A stretch of DNA of 64,000 nucleotides from Malacoraja senta (taxonomy: Eukaryota): contig JAXLNO010000351.1 in assembly GCA_038087875.1 (NCBI GenBank), positions 62,001 to 126,000 on the forward strand, written 5' to 3'. The notes under the pieces are model-generated. The model had not been told where the DNA came from, ran no database searches, and saw nothing but the letters and a program-made list of their open reading frames with translations. The position numbers were made by a program, and so were the translations under genes. Positions 33,201 through 46,656 of this stretch are shown piece after piece. Every line of letters begins with the position of its first letter. The stretch's first letter is position 1.

Positions 33201-36200
33201 AAAAGGTGATTTGTTTTGAAAATGCAAAAGGTGGTTTGCCATGAAAATGCAAAAGGTGGTTTGCTTAGAATAGGTGGTTTGCTTTGAAAATGCATAAGGT
33301 GGTTTGCATTGAAAATGCAGAACGTTGTTTGCTTTGAAATTGCAAAAAGTGGTTTGCTTTGAAAATGCAAAACGTGGTTTGCTTTGAAAATGCAAATGTT
33401 GGTTTTCATTGAAAATGTAAAAGGTGGTTTGCTTTGAAAATGCAAAAGATGGTTTGGTATAAAAATGCCAAAAAGTGGTTTGCTTTGAAAATGCAAAAGG
33501 TAGTTTGCTTTGAAAATGCAAACTGTCGTTTACTTTGAAAATGCAAAAGGTGGTTTGCTAATTTGCATTGAAAATGCCAACGCTGCTTTTTAATGGAAAT
33601 GCAAAAGGTGGTTTGCTTTGAAAATGCAAAAGATGGTATACTTTGAAAATGTAAAAAGGTTTGCATTAAAAAAGCAGTAGATGGTTTACTTTGAAAATGG
33701 AAAAGGTGGTTTGCATTGAAAATGCAAAAGGTGGTTTCCTTTGAAAATGCAAAAAGGTTTGCTTTAAAAATGCAGTAGATGGTTTGCTTGAAAATGGAAA
33801 AGGTGGTTTGCTTTGAAAATGCAAAAGATGGTTTGCTTTGAAATTGCAAAAAAGTGGTTTGCTTTGAAAATGCAAAATGTGGTTTGCTTTGAAAATACAA
33901 AACGTGGTTTGATTTGAAAATGCAAAAACTGGCTTGCTTTTAATATGCAAATGGTGGTTTGCTTTGAAAATGCAAAAGGTGGTTTGCTTTTAAAAATGCA
34001 AAAGGTGGTTTGCTTTGAAAATGCAAATGTTGGTTTTCATTGAAAATGCAAAATGTGGTTTGGTATAAAAATGCCAAAAAGTGGTTTGCTTTGAAAATGC
34101 AAAAGGTGGTTTGCTTTGAAAATACAAACGGTCGTTTGCTTTGAAAATGCAAAACGTGGTTTGCTGGTTTGCATTGAAAATGCAAAAGCTGCTTTTTAAT
34201 GGAAATGCAAATGGTGGTTTGCTTTGAAAATGCAAAAGATGGTATGCTTTGAAAATGCAAAAGGTGGTTTGCTTTGAAAATGCAAAAGGTGGTTTGCTTT
34301 GAATATGAAAAAGCTGGTTTGCTTTGAAAATGCTAAAGGTTTGCTTTGAAAATGCAAAGGGTTTACTTTGAAAATGCAAAAGGTTTGCTTTGAAAATGCA
34401 AATAATGGTTTGCTTTGAAGGGCAAATGGTGGTTTGCTATGAAAATGCAAACGTTGGTTTGCTTTGAAATTGCAAAAAGTGGTTTGCTTTGAAAATGCAA
34501 ATGGTGGTTTGCTATGAAAAGGCAAAAGGTGGTTTGCTATAAAAATGCCAAAAGGAGGTTTGCTTTCAAAATGCAAAATGTGGTTTTCTTTCAAAATGCA
34601 AAAGGTCGTTTGCTTTGAAAATGCAAAAGGTTTGCTGTGAAAATGCAAAAGTTGGTTTGCTGGTTTGCATTGAAAATGAAAAAGGTGGTTTGGTTTGAAA
34701 ATACACAAGGTGGTTTGCTTTGAAAATGCAAAAGGTGGTTTGCTTTGAAAATGCAAAAGGTGGTGTGTTTTGAAAATGCAAAAAGGTTTGATTTTATAAT
34801 GCAGTAGATGGTTTGCTTGAAAATGGAAAAGGTGGTTTGCTTTGAAAATGCAAAAGAAGGTTTGCTTTGAAATTGCAAAAAAGTGGTTTGCTTTGAAAAT
34901 GCAAAATGTGGTTTGCTTTGAAAATACAAAACGTGGTTTGATTTGAAAATGCAAAAAGTGACTTGCTTTTAATATGCAAATGGTGGTTTGCTTTGAAAAT
35001 GCAAAAGGTGGATTGCTTTGAAAATGCAAAAGGTGGTTTGTTTTGAAATAGCAAAAAGTGTTTTGCTTTGAAAATGCAAAAGGTGGTTTGCTTTGTAAAT
35101 GCTATAAGTGGTTTGCTTTGAAATTGCAAAAGGTGCTTTGCTTTGAAAATGCAAAAGGTGGTTTGTTTTGAAAATGCAAAAGGTGGTTTGCTTTGAAAAT
35201 GCAAAAGGTGGTTTGCCTTGAAAATGCAAAAGGTGGTTTGCTTTGAAAATGCAAAAGGTGGTTTGCTTTGAAAAGGTGGTTTGCTTTGAAAATGCATAAG
35301 GTGGTTTGCTTTGAAAATGCAAAAGTTGGTTAGCTTTGAAAATGCAAAAGGTCGTTTGCTTTGAAAATGCAAAAGGTGGTTTGCTTTGAAAATACAAAAT
35401 GTGCTTAGCTTTGAAAATGCATAAGGTGGTTTGCTTTGAAAATATAAAAGGTGGTTCGCTTTGAAATTGCAAAAAGTGGTTTGCTTTGAAAATGCAAAAG
35501 GTGGTTTGCTTTGAAAATGCAAAAGGTCGTTTGCTTTGAAAATGCAAAAGGTCGTTTGCTTTGAAAATGCAAAAGGTGGTTTGCTTTGAAAATACAAAAT
35601 GTGCTTTGCTTTGAAAATGCAAAAGGTGGTTTCCTATGAAAATGCAAAAAGGTTTGCTTTAAAAATGCAGTAGATGGTTTGCTTTGAAAATGGAAAAGGT
35701 GGTTTGCTTTGAAAATGCAAAAGGTGGTTTGTTTTGAAAATGCAAAAAGGTTTGATTTTATAATGCAGTAGATGGTTTGCTTGAAAATGGAAAAGGTGGT
35801 TTGCTTTGAAAATGCAAAAGAAGGTTTGCTTTGAAATTGCAAAAAAGTGGTTTGCTTTGAAAATGCAAAATGTGGTTTGCTTTGAAAATACAAAACGTGG
35901 TTTGATTTGAAAATGCAAAAAGTGGCTTGCTTTTAATATGCAAATGGTGGTTTGCTTTGAAAATGCAAAAGGTGGATTGCTTTGAAAATGCAAAAGGTGG
36001 TTTGTTTTGAAATAGCAAAAAGTGTTTTGCTTTGAAAATGCAAAAGGTGGTTTGCTTTGTAAATGCTATAAGTGGTTTGCTTTGAAATTGCAAAAGGTGC
36101 TTTGCTTTGAAAATGCAAAAGGTGGTTTGTTTTGAAAATGCAAAAGGTGGTTTGCTTTGAAAATGCAAAAGGTGGTTTGCCTTGAAAATGCAAAAGGTGG

Positions 36201-38506
36201 TTTGCTTTGAAAATGCAAAAGGTGGTTTGCTTTGAAAAGGTGGTTTGCTTTGAAAATGCATAAGGTGGTTTGCTTTGAAAATGCAAAAGTTGGTTAGCTT
36301 TGAAAATGCAAAAAGGTTTGCTTTGAAAATGCAAAAGATGGTTTGCTTTGAAAATGCAAATGGTGGTTCGCTTTGAAAAGGTGGTTTGCTTTGAAAATGC
36401 ATAAGGTGGTTTGCTTTGAAAATATAAAAGGTGGTTCGCTTTGAAATTGCAAAACGTGGTTTTCTTTGAAAATGCAAAAGGTGGTTTGCTTTGAAAATGC
36501 AAAAGGTCGTTTGCTTTGAAAATGCAAAAGGTGGTTTGCTTTGAAAATACAAAATGTGCTTTGCTTTGAAAATGCAAAGGGTGATTTGCTTTCAAAATGC
36601 AAAAGGTGGTTTGCCATGAAAATGCAAAAGGTGGTTTGCTTAGAATAGGTGGTTTGCTTTGAAAATGCATTAGGTGGTTTGCATTGAAAATGCATAACGT
36701 TGTTTGCTTTGAAATTGCACAAAGTGGTTTGCTTTGAAAATGCAAAACGTGGTTTGCTTTGAAATGCAAAAGGTGGTTTGCTTTGAAAATTCAAAATGTG
36801 GTTTGCTTTGAAAATGCAAAAAGTGGTTTGCTTTGAAAATGCAAAAGGTGGTTTGCTTTGAAAATGCAAAAGGTGATTTGCTTTGAAAATGCTAAATGTG
36901 GTTTGCTTTGAAAATGCAAAAAGTGGTTGCTTTGAAAATGCAAAAGGTGGTTTGCTGGTTTGCATTGAAAATGCAAAAGGTGGTTTACTTTGAAAATGCA
37001 AAAGGTGATGGGCTTTGAAAATGCAAAAGGTGATTTGCTTTGAAAATGCAAAAGGTCGTTTGCTTTGAAAGTGCAAAAGGTAGTTTGCTTTGAAAATGTT
37101 AAAGGGGGTTTGCTTTGAAAATACAAAAATGCGGTTTGCTTGTAAAATGCAAAAGGTGGTTTGCTTTGAAAATGCTAAAACTGGTTTGCTTTGAAAATGC
37201 TAAAAGTGGTTTGCTTTGAAAATGCAAAAGGTCGTTTGCTGGTTTGCATTGAAATTGCAAAAGGTGGTTTGCTTTGAAAATGCAAAAGCTGGTTTGTTTT
37301 GAAAATGCGAAAAAAAATTGCTTTGAAAATGCAAAATGTGGTTTCTTTGAAAATGCAAAAGATGGTTTGTATTGAAAATACAAAAGGTGGTTTGTTTTGA
37401 AAATGCAAAAGGTGGTTTGCTTTGAAAATGCAAAAGGTGGTTTGCTTTGAAAATGCAAAAGGTGGTTTGCTTTAAAAATGCAAAAGGTGGTTTGCTTTGA
37501 AAATGCGAAAAAAAATTGCTTTGAAAATGCAAAATGTGGTTTCTTTGAAAATGCAAAAGGTGGTTTGTATTGAAAATACAAAAGGTGGTTTGTTTTGAAA
37601 ATGCAAAAGGTGGTTTGCTTTGAAAATGCAAAAGTTGGTTTGCTTTGAAAATGCAAAAGGTGGTTTGCTTTGAAAATGCAAAAGGTGGTTTGCATTGAAA
37701 ATGCAAAAGGTGGTTTGCTTTGAATACGTGGTTTGCTTTGAAAATGCATCAGGTGGTTTGCTTTGAAAATGCAAAAGATGGTTTGCTTTGAAAATACATA
37801 AAGGTTTGCTTTGAAAATGCAAAAGGTGGTTTGTTTTGAAAATGCAGAAGGTGGTTTGTTTTGAAAATGCAAAAGGTGGTTTGCTTTGAAAATGCAAAAG
37901 GTAGTTTGCTTTGAAAATGCAAAAGGTGGTTTGCTTTGAAAATGCAAAAGGTGGTTTGCTTTGAAAGGGTGGTTTGCTTTGAAAATGCAAAAGGTTGTTT
38001 GTTTTGAAAATGCAAAAGGTGGTTTGTTTTGAAAATGCAAAAGGTGGCTTGCTTTGAAAATGCAAAAGGTGGGTTGCTTTGAAAATGCAAAAGGTGGTTT
38101 GCTTTGAAAATGCAAAAGGTGGTTTCCTTTGAAAATGCGAAAAATGTTTTGCTTTGGAAATGCAAACGGTGGTTTGTTTTGAAAATGCAGAAGGTGGTTC
38201 GTTTTGAAAATGCAGAAGGTGGTTTGTTTTGAAAATGCTAAAGATGGTTTGCTTTGAAAATGCAAAAGGTGGTTTGCTTTGAAAATTTAAAAGGTGGTTT
38301 GCTTTGAAAATGCAAAAGGTGGTTTGCTTTGAAAAGGTGGTTTGCTTTGAAAATGCATAAGGTGGTTTGCTTTGAAAATGCAAAGGCAAGTGAGGTTGCT
38401 TTTAAAATGCAAAGGCAAGTGCGTTTGGTTTGCAAATGCAAAGGCAAGTGCGGTTGCTTTGAAAATGCAAAGGCAAGTGCGGTTGCTTTGAAAATGCATA
38501 GGCAAG

Positions 38507-39335
38507 TGATTCAAAATCAAATCTTGACCACTTCCTGTTTGCACTGTATATTGGTTTTAGAAAAATCACTTCCACTCACGGCTTCGATTTTTGGCCATAT
38601 TACTCAGTCCCCCTCCAGCTGTCAGGGCCATACATGAAAAATATAAGACTTATAAATGTTTAAATAATGTTGAAATTCTCTCTCCTGTCAATCATGCCAT
38701 GGAGGACACGCCCCATCCGGTGGGAGGGGGACTATAAACCCGGAAGTGTGGACTTGCCACAGTCGCTGCAAGATGGGGGAGGGAGAGTTCACGACTCTCA
38801 GTCTGAGCAGTGAATAAACTGATCACTGAACACATGTCCGCTAAACTGTGAGTGTGGTTTTATGTGCTTTTATGTGGTTTATTTGGAACTGTGTTTGGAA
38901 GGAATAAATGTTTTTACGTGCCTTTTGAATGTGCCGCTAATTTAAAAGTGTGCCTTTTGACTGTGCCGCTAATTGAAAAGAGTGCCTTTTGACGGTGTCG
39001 CTAATTGAAAAGTGTGCCTCTTGACTGTGCCGCTAATTGAAAAGTGTGCCTTTTGATGGTGCCGCTAATTGAAAAGTGTGCCTTTTGACTGTGCCGCTAA
39101 TTGAAAAGTGTGCCTTTTGACTGTGCCGCTAAGCTGTGCCTATATTTTAAAATGTGATTTGCTTTATAAATGTGGCTTGCGTTTTAATGTGGCTTGCGTT
39201 TTAAATGTGGCTTGCTGTGCAACCGTTTTTGGAAGGAAAAACAGTGAATAAACGTTTTATTAGATCAGGACTGTGTTTAATGCTAAATTCCCGCAAAATT
39301 GCCGCTCATTCTGACTTAGTGGAGAGATGGTGCTG
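38507..39335 (+). repeat. ~0.8 kb cassette, copy 1 (promoter-like core plus 32-bp minisatellite x7)
   Basis: TATAAA 38733, CCGGAAGT 38740, CAAGATGG 38769, GTGAGT 38848; ctaatt period of 32 bp. Confidence 0.93.
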
Positions 39336-41009
39336 AAAATGCAAAAGGTGGTTTGTTTTGAAAATGCAAAAGGTGGTTTGCTTTGAAAATGCAAAAGGTG
39401 GTTTGCTTTGAAAATGCAAAAGGTGGTTTGGGTTGAAAATGCTAAATGTGGTTTGCTTTGAAAAGGTAGTTTGCTTTGAAAATGCGTAAGGTGGTTTGCT
39501 TTGAAAATGCAAAAGATGGTTGGCTTTGCAAATGCAAATGGTGGTTCGCTTTGAAAAGATGGTTTGCTTTGAAAATGCATAAGGTGGTTTGCTTTGAAAA
39601 TATAAAAGGTGGTTCGCTTTGAAATTGCAAAAAGTGGTTTGCTTTGAAAATGCAAAAGGTGGTTTGCTTTGAAAATGCAAAAGGTGGTTTGCTTTGAAAA
39701 TGCAAAAGGTGGTTTGCTTTGAAAATACAAAATGTGCTTTGCTTTGAAAATGAAAAAAGGTGATTTGCTTTGAAAATGCAAAAGGTGGTTTGCCATGAAA
39801 ATGCAAAAGGTGGTTTGCTTAGAATAGGTGGTTTGCTTTGAAAATGCATAAGGTGGTTTGCATTGAAAAAGCATAACGTTGTTTGCTTTGAAATTGCACA
39901 AAGTGGTTTGCTTTGAAAATGCAAAACGTGGTTTGCATTGAAATGCAAAAGGTGGTTTGCTTTGAAAATTCAAACGTGGTTTGCTTTGAAAATGGAAAAG
40001 GTGGTTTGCTTTGAAAATGCAAAAGGTGGTTTGCTGTTTGGATTGAAAATGCAAAAGGTGTTTTAGTTTGAAAATGCAAAAGGTGGTTTGCTTTGAAAAT
40101 GCAAAAGGTGATTTGCTTTGAAAATGCTAAATGTGGTTTGCTTTGAAAATGCAAAAAGTGGTTTGTTTTGAAAATGCAAAAGGTGGTTTGCTGGTTTGCA
40201 TTGAAAATGCAAAAGGTGGTTTACTTTGAAAATGCAAAAGGTGGTGGTCTTTGAAAATGCAAAAGGTGATTTGCTTTGAAAATGCAAAAGGTCGTTTGCT
40301 TTGAAAATGCAAATGGTGGTTTGCTTTGAAAATGCAAAAGGTGGTTTGCTTTGAAAATACAAAATGTGCTTTGCTTTGAAAATGCAAAAGGTGATTTGCT
40401 TTGAAAATGCAAAAGGTGGTTTGCCATGAAAATGCAAAAGATGGTTTGCTTAGAATAGGTGGTTTGCTTTGAAAATGCATAAGGTGGTTTGCATTGAAAA
40501 AGCATAACGTTGTTTGCTTTGAAATTGCACAAAGTGGTTTGCTTTGAAAATGCAAAACGTGGTTTGCATTGAAATGCAAAAGGTGGTTTGCTTTGAAAAT
40601 TCAAACGTGGTTTGCTTTGAAAATGCAAAAGGTGGTTTGCTTTGAAAATGCAAAAGGTGGTTTGCTGTTTGCATTGAAAATGAAAAAGGTGTTTTAGTTT
40701 GAAAATGCAAAAGGTCGTTTGCTTTGAAAGTGCAAAAGGTAGTTTGCTTTGAAAATGTTAAAGGGGGTTTGCTTTGAAAATGCAAAAATGTGGTTTGCTT
40801 GGAAAATGCAAATGGTGGTTTGCTTTGAAAATGCTAAAACTGGTTTGCTTTGAAAATGCAAAAGGTGGTTCGCTTTGAAAATGCAAAGGCAAGTGAGGTT
40901 GCTTTTAAAATGCAAAGGCAAGTGCGTTTGGTTTGAAAATGCAAAGGCAAGTGCGGTTGCCTTGAAAATGCAAAGGCAAGTGCGGTTGCTTTGAAAATGC
41001 ATAGGCAAG

Positions 41010-41844
41010 TGATTCAAAATCAAATCTTGACCACTTCCTGTTTGCACTGTATATTGGTTTTAGAAAAATCACTTCCACTCACTGCTTCGATTTTTGGCCA
41101 TATTACTCAGTCCCCCTCCAGCTGTCAGGGCCATAGATGAAAAATATAAGACTTATAAATGTTTAAATAATGTTGAAATTCTCTCTCCTGTCAATCATGC
41201 CATGGAGGACACGCCCCATCCGGTGGGAGGGGGGGGGACTATAAACCCGGAAGTGTGGACTTGCCACAGTCGCTGCAAGATGGGGGAGGGAGAGTTCACG
41301 ACTCTCAGTCTGAGCAGTGAATAAACTGATCACTGAACACATGTCCGCTAAACTGTGAGTGTGGATTTATGTGCTTTTATGTGGTTTATTTGGAACTGTG
41401 TTTGGAAGGAATAAATGTTTTTACGTGCCTTTTGAATGTGCCGCTAATTTAAAAGTGTGCCTTTTGACTGTGCCGCTAATTGAAAAGAGTGCCTTTTGAC
41501 GGTGTTGCTAATTGAAAAGTGTGCCTCTTGACTGTGCCGCTAATTGAAAAGTGTGCCTTTTGACGGTGCCGCTAATTGAAAAGTGTGCCTTTTGACTGTG
41601 CCGCTAATTGAAAAGTGTGCCTTTTGACTGTGCCGCTAAGCTGTGCCTATATTTTAAAATGTGATTTGCTTTATAAATGTGGCTTGCGTTTTAATGTGGC
41701 TTGCGTTTTAAATGTGGCTTGCTGTGCAACCGTTTTTGGAAGGAAAAACAGTGAATAAACGTTTTATTAGATCAGGACTGTGTTTAATGCTAAATTCCCG
41801 CAAAATTGCCGCTCATTCCGTGACTTAGTGGAGAGATGGTGCTG
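41010..41844 (+). repeat. cassette copy 2
   Basis: Near-identical to copy 1, including 7 x 32-bp units. Confidence 0.93.
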
Positions 41845-42217
41845 AAAATGCAAAAGGTGGTTTGTTTTGAAAATGCAAAAGGTGGTTTGCTTTGAAAATG
41901 CAAAAGATGGTTGGCTTTGAAAATGCAAAAAGGTTTGCTTTGAAAATGCAAAAGATGGTTTGCTTTGAAAATGCAAATGGTGGTTCGCTTTGAAAAGGTG
42001 GTTTGCTTTGAAAATGCATAAGGTGGTTTGCTTTGAAAATGCAAAAGGTGGTTTGCCATGAAAATGCAAAAGGTGATTTGCTTTGAAAATGCAAAGGCAA
42101 GTGAGGTTGCTTTTAAAATGTAAAGGCAAGTGCGTTTGGTTTGAAAATGCAAAGGCAAGTGCGGTTGCTTTGAAAATGCAAAGTCAAGTGCGGTTGCTTT
42201 GAAAATGCATAGGCAAG

Positions 42218-43018
42218 TGATTCAAAGTCAAGTCTTGACCACTTCCTGTTTGCACTGTATATTGGTTTTAGAAAAATCACTTCCACTCACGGCTTCGATT
42301 TTTGGCCATATTACTCAGTCCCCTCCAGCTGTCAGGGCCATAGATGAAAAATATAAGACTTATAAATGTTTAAATAATGTTGAAATTCTCTCTCCTGTCA
42401 ATCATGCCATGGAGGACATGCCCCATCCGGTGGGAGGGGGGGGACTATAAACCCGGAAGTGTGGAATTGCCGCAGTCGCTGCAAGATGAGGGAGGGAGAG
42501 TTCACGACTCTCAGTCTGAGCAGTGAATAAACTGATCACTGAACACATGTCCCCTGAACTGTGAGTGTGGTATTATGTGCTTTTATGTGGTTTATTTGGA
42601 ACTGTGTTTGGAAGGAATAAATGTTTTTACGTGCCTTTTGAATGTGCCGCTAATTTAAAAGTGTGCCTTTTGACTGTGCCGCTAATTGAAAAGAGTGCCT
42701 TTTGACGGTGTCGCTAATTGAAAAGTGCGCCTCTTGACTGTGCCGCTAATTGAAAAGTGTGCCTTTTGACGGTGCCGCTAATTGAAAACTGTGCCTTTTG
42801 ACTGTGCCGCTAAGCTGTGCCTATATTTTAAAATGTGATTTGCTTTATAAATGTGGCTTGCCTTTCAATGTGGCTTGCGTTTTAAATGTGGCTTGCTGTG
42901 CAACCGTTTTTGGAAGGAAAAACAGTGAATAAACGTTTTATTAGATCAGGACTGTGTTTAATGCTAAATTCCCGCAAAATTGCCGCTCATTCCGTGACTT
43001 AGTGGAGAGATGGTGCTG
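42218..43018 (+). repeat. cassette copy 3
   Basis: Same cassette with 6 x 32-bp units. Confidence 0.93.
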
Positions 43019-45730
43019 AAAATGCAAAAGGTGGTTTGTTTTGAAAATGCAAAACGTGGTTTGCTTTGAAAATGCAAAAGGTGGTTTGCTTTGAAAATGC
43101 AAAAGGTGGTTTGGGTTGAAAATGCAAAATGTGGTTTGCCTTGAAAAGGTGGTTTGCTTTGAAAATGCGTAAGGTGGTTTGCTTTGAAAATGCAAAAGAT
43201 GGTTGGCTTTGAAAATGCAAAAAGGTTTGCTTTGAAAATGCAAAAGATGGTTTGCTTTGAAAATGCAAAAGCTGGTTTGTTTTGAAAATGCGAAAAAAAA
43301 ATTGCTTTGAAAATGCAAAATGTGGTTTCTTTGAAAATGCAAAAGGTGGTTTGTATTGAAAATACAAAAGGTGGTTTGTTTTGAAAATGCAAAAGGTGGT
43401 TTGCTTTGAAAATGCAAAAGGTGGTTTGCTTTGAAAATGCAAAAGGTGGTTTGCTTTGAATAGGTGGTTTGCTTTGAAAATGCATTAGGTGGTTTGCTTT
43501 GAAAATGCAAAAGATGGTTTGCTTTGAAAATACATAAAGGTTTGCTTTGAAAAAACAAAAGGTGGTTTGTTTTGAAAATGCAGAAGGTGGTTTGTTTTGA
43601 AAATGCAAAAGGTGGTTTGCTTTGAAAATGCAAACGGTGGTTTGCTTTGAAAATGCAAAAGGTGGTTTGCTTTGAAAATGCAAAAGGTGGTTTGCTTTGA
43701 AAATGCAAAAGGTGGTTTGCTTTGAAAATGCGAAAAATGTTTTGCTTTGGAAATTCAAAAGGTGGTTTGTTTTGAAAATGCAGAAGATGGTTTGTTTTGA
43801 AAATGCAGAAGGTGGTTTGTTTTGAAAATGCAAAAGATGGTTTGCTTTGAAAATGCAAAAGGTGGTTTGCTTTTAAAATTTAAAAGGTGGTTTGCTTTGA
43901 AAATGCAAAAGGTGGTTTGGTTTGAAAATGCAAAATGTGGTTTGCTTTGAAAAGGTGATTTGCTTTGAAAATGCGTAAGGCGGTTTGCTTTGAAAATGCA
44001 AAAGATGGTTGGCTTTGAAAATGCAAAAAGGTTTGCTTTGAAAATGCAAAAGATGGTTTGCTTTGAAAATGCAAAAAGTGGTTTGCTTTGAAAATGCAAA
44101 AGGTGGTTTGATTTGAAAATGCAAAAGGTGGTTTGCTTTGAAAATGCAAAAGGTGGTTTGCTTTGAAAATACAAAATGTGCTTTGCTTTGAAAATGCAAA
44201 AGGTGATTTGCTTTGAAAATGCAAAAGGTGGTTTGCCATGAAAATGCAAAAGGTGGTTTGCTTAGAATAGCTGGTTTGCTTTGAAAATGCATAAGGTGGT
44301 TTGCATTGAAAAAGCATAACGTTGTTTGCTTTGAAATTGCACAAAGTGGTTTGCTTTGAAAATGCAACACGTGGTTTGCATTGAAATGCAAAAGGTGGTT
44401 TGCTTTGAAAATTCAAACGTGGTTTGCTTTGAAAATGCAAAAGGTGGTTTGCTTTGAAAATGCAAAAGGTGGTTTGCTGGTTTGCATTGAAAATGCAAAA
44501 GGTGGTTTACTTTGAAAATGCAAAAGGTGGTTTGCTGTTTGCATTGAAAATGCAAAAGGTGTTTTAGTTTGAAAATGCAAAAGGTGGTTTGCTTTGAAAA
44601 TGCAAAAGGTGATTTGCTTTGAAAATACTAAATGTGGTTTGCTTTGAAAATGCAAAAAGTGGTTTGCATTGAAAATGCAAAAGGTGGTTTACTTTGAAAA
44701 TGCAAAAGGTGGTGGTCTTTGAAAATGCAAAAGGTGATTTGCTTTGAAAATGCAAAAGGTCGTTTGCTTTGAAAGTGCAAAAGGTAGTTTGCTTTGAAAA
44801 TGTTAAAGGGGGTTTGCTTTGAAAATGCAAAAATGTGGTTTGCTTGGAAAATGCAAAAGGTGGTTTGCTTTGAAAATGCTAAAACTGGTTTGCTTTGAAA
44901 ATGCAAAAGGTGCTTTGCTTTTAAATTACAAAAGGTGGTTTGCTTTGAAAATGCAAAAGCTGGTTTGTTTTGAAAATGCGAAAAAAAATTGCTTTGAAAA
45001 TGCAAAATGTGGTTTCTTTGAAAATGCAAAAGGTGGTTTGTATTGAAAATACAAAAGGTGGTTTGTTTTGAAAATGCAAAAGGTGGCTTGCTTTGAAAAT
45101 GCAAAATGTGGTTTGCTTTGAAAATGCAAAAGGTGGTTTGCTTTGAAAATGCAAAAGGTGGTTTGCTTTGAATAGGTGGTTTGCTTTGAAAATGCATAAG
45201 GTGGTTTGCTTTGAAAATGCAAAAGATGGTTTGCTTTGAAAATACATAAAGGTTTGCTTTGAAAATGCAAAAGGTGGTTTGTTTTGAAAATGCAGAAGGT
45301 GGTTTGTTTTGAAAATGCAAAAGGTGGTTTGCTTTGAAAATGCAAAAGGTGGTTTGCTTTGAAAAGGTGGTTTGCTTTGAAAATGCAAAAGGTGGTTTGC
45401 TTTGAAAATGCAAAAGGTGGTTTGCTTTGAAAATGCAAAAGGTGGTTTGCTTTGAAAATGCAAAAGATGGTTTGCTTTGAAAATACATAAAGGTTTGCTT
45501 TGAAAATGCAAAAGGTGGTTTGTTTTGAAAATGCAGAGGGTGGTTTGTTTTGAAAATGCAAAAGGTGGTTTGCTTTGAAAATGCAAAACGTGGTTTGCTT
45601 TCAAAATGCAAAAGGTGGTTTGCTTTGAAAATGCAAAGGCAAGTGAGGTTGCTTTTAAAATGCAAAGGCAAGTGCGGTTGCTTTGAAAATGCAAAGGCAA
45701 GTGCGGTTGCTTTGAAAATGCATAGGCAAG

Positions 45731-46520
45731 TGATTCAAAGTCAAATCTTGACCACTTCCTGTTTGCACTGTATATTGGCTTTAGAAAAATCACATCCACT
45801 CACGGCTTCGATTTTTGGCCATATTATTCAGTCCCCCTCCAGCTGTCAGGGCCATATATGAAAAATATAAGACTTATTAATGTTTAAATAATGTTGAAAT
45901 TCTCTCTCCTGTCAATCATGCCATGGAGGACACGCCCCATCCGGTGGGAGGGGGAGGGACTATAAACCCGGAAGTGTGGAATTGCCGCAGTCGCTGCAAG
46001 ATGAGGGAGGGAGAGTTCACGACTCTCAGTCTGAGCAGTGAATAAACTGATCACTGAACACATGTCCACTAAACTGTGAGTGTGGTTTTATGTGCTTTTA
46101 TGTGGTTTATTTGGAACTGTGTTTGGAAGGAATAAATGTTTTTACGTGCCTTTTGACTGTGCCTCTAATTTAAAAGTGTGCCTTTTGACTGTGCCGCTAA
46201 TTGAAGAGTGCCTTTTGACGGTGTCGCTAATTGAAAAGTGTGCCTCTTGGCTGTGCCGCTAATTGAAAAGTGTGCCTTTTGACGGTGCCGCTAATTGACA
46301 ACTGTGCCCGTTGACTGTGCCGCTAAGCTGTGCCTATATTTTAAAATGTGATTTGCTTTATAAATGTGGCTTGCGTTTTAATGTGGCTTGCGTTTTAAAT
46401 GTGGCTTGCTGTGCAACCGTTTTTGGAAGGAAAAACAGTGAATAAACGTTTTATTAGATCAGGACTGTGTTTAATGCAAAATTGCCGCTCATTCCGTGAC
46501 TTAGTGGAGAGATGGTGCTG
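45731..46520 (+). repeat. cassette copy 4 (continues into non-satellite sequence)
   Basis: Same cassette with 6 units; followed by attgcatcatttccggtgag instead of satellite. Confidence 0.93.
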
Positions 46521-46656
46521 ATTGCATCATTTCCGGTGAGTTCAGAGGTGGCGCTCATTGCGGAAGGGTCAAGTGGAGACACCGCCCTGAACCGTTAGTA
46601 ACAGGATTCAGTATGGTTGCCACATTCTGAAGTTACTTGGCATTTTATTATTGGTG

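Larger units (their letters stand above)
24282..45730. repeat. 25-bp satellite array (consensus GCTTTGAAAATGCAAAAGGTGGTTT), interrupted by three cassette copies
   Basis: Continuous tandem units; the ORF track shows a 25-aa (3-unit) period FSKQTTFCIFKANHLLHFQSKPPFA. Confidence 0.98.

Noticed and set aside
24282..45730. CRISPR array (repeats containing TTGAAA with variable intervening sequence)
   Set aside because: The variable parts are ~10-nt variants of one sequence, not unique 30-40 nt spacers. There are no cas genes and the context is eukaryotic.
24102..45799. Dozens of 100-390 aa minus-strand ORFs (FSKQTTFCIFKANHLLHFQSKPP)
   Set aside because: The satellite consensus lacks stops on that strand in all three frames; the starts are mostly TTG artefacts.
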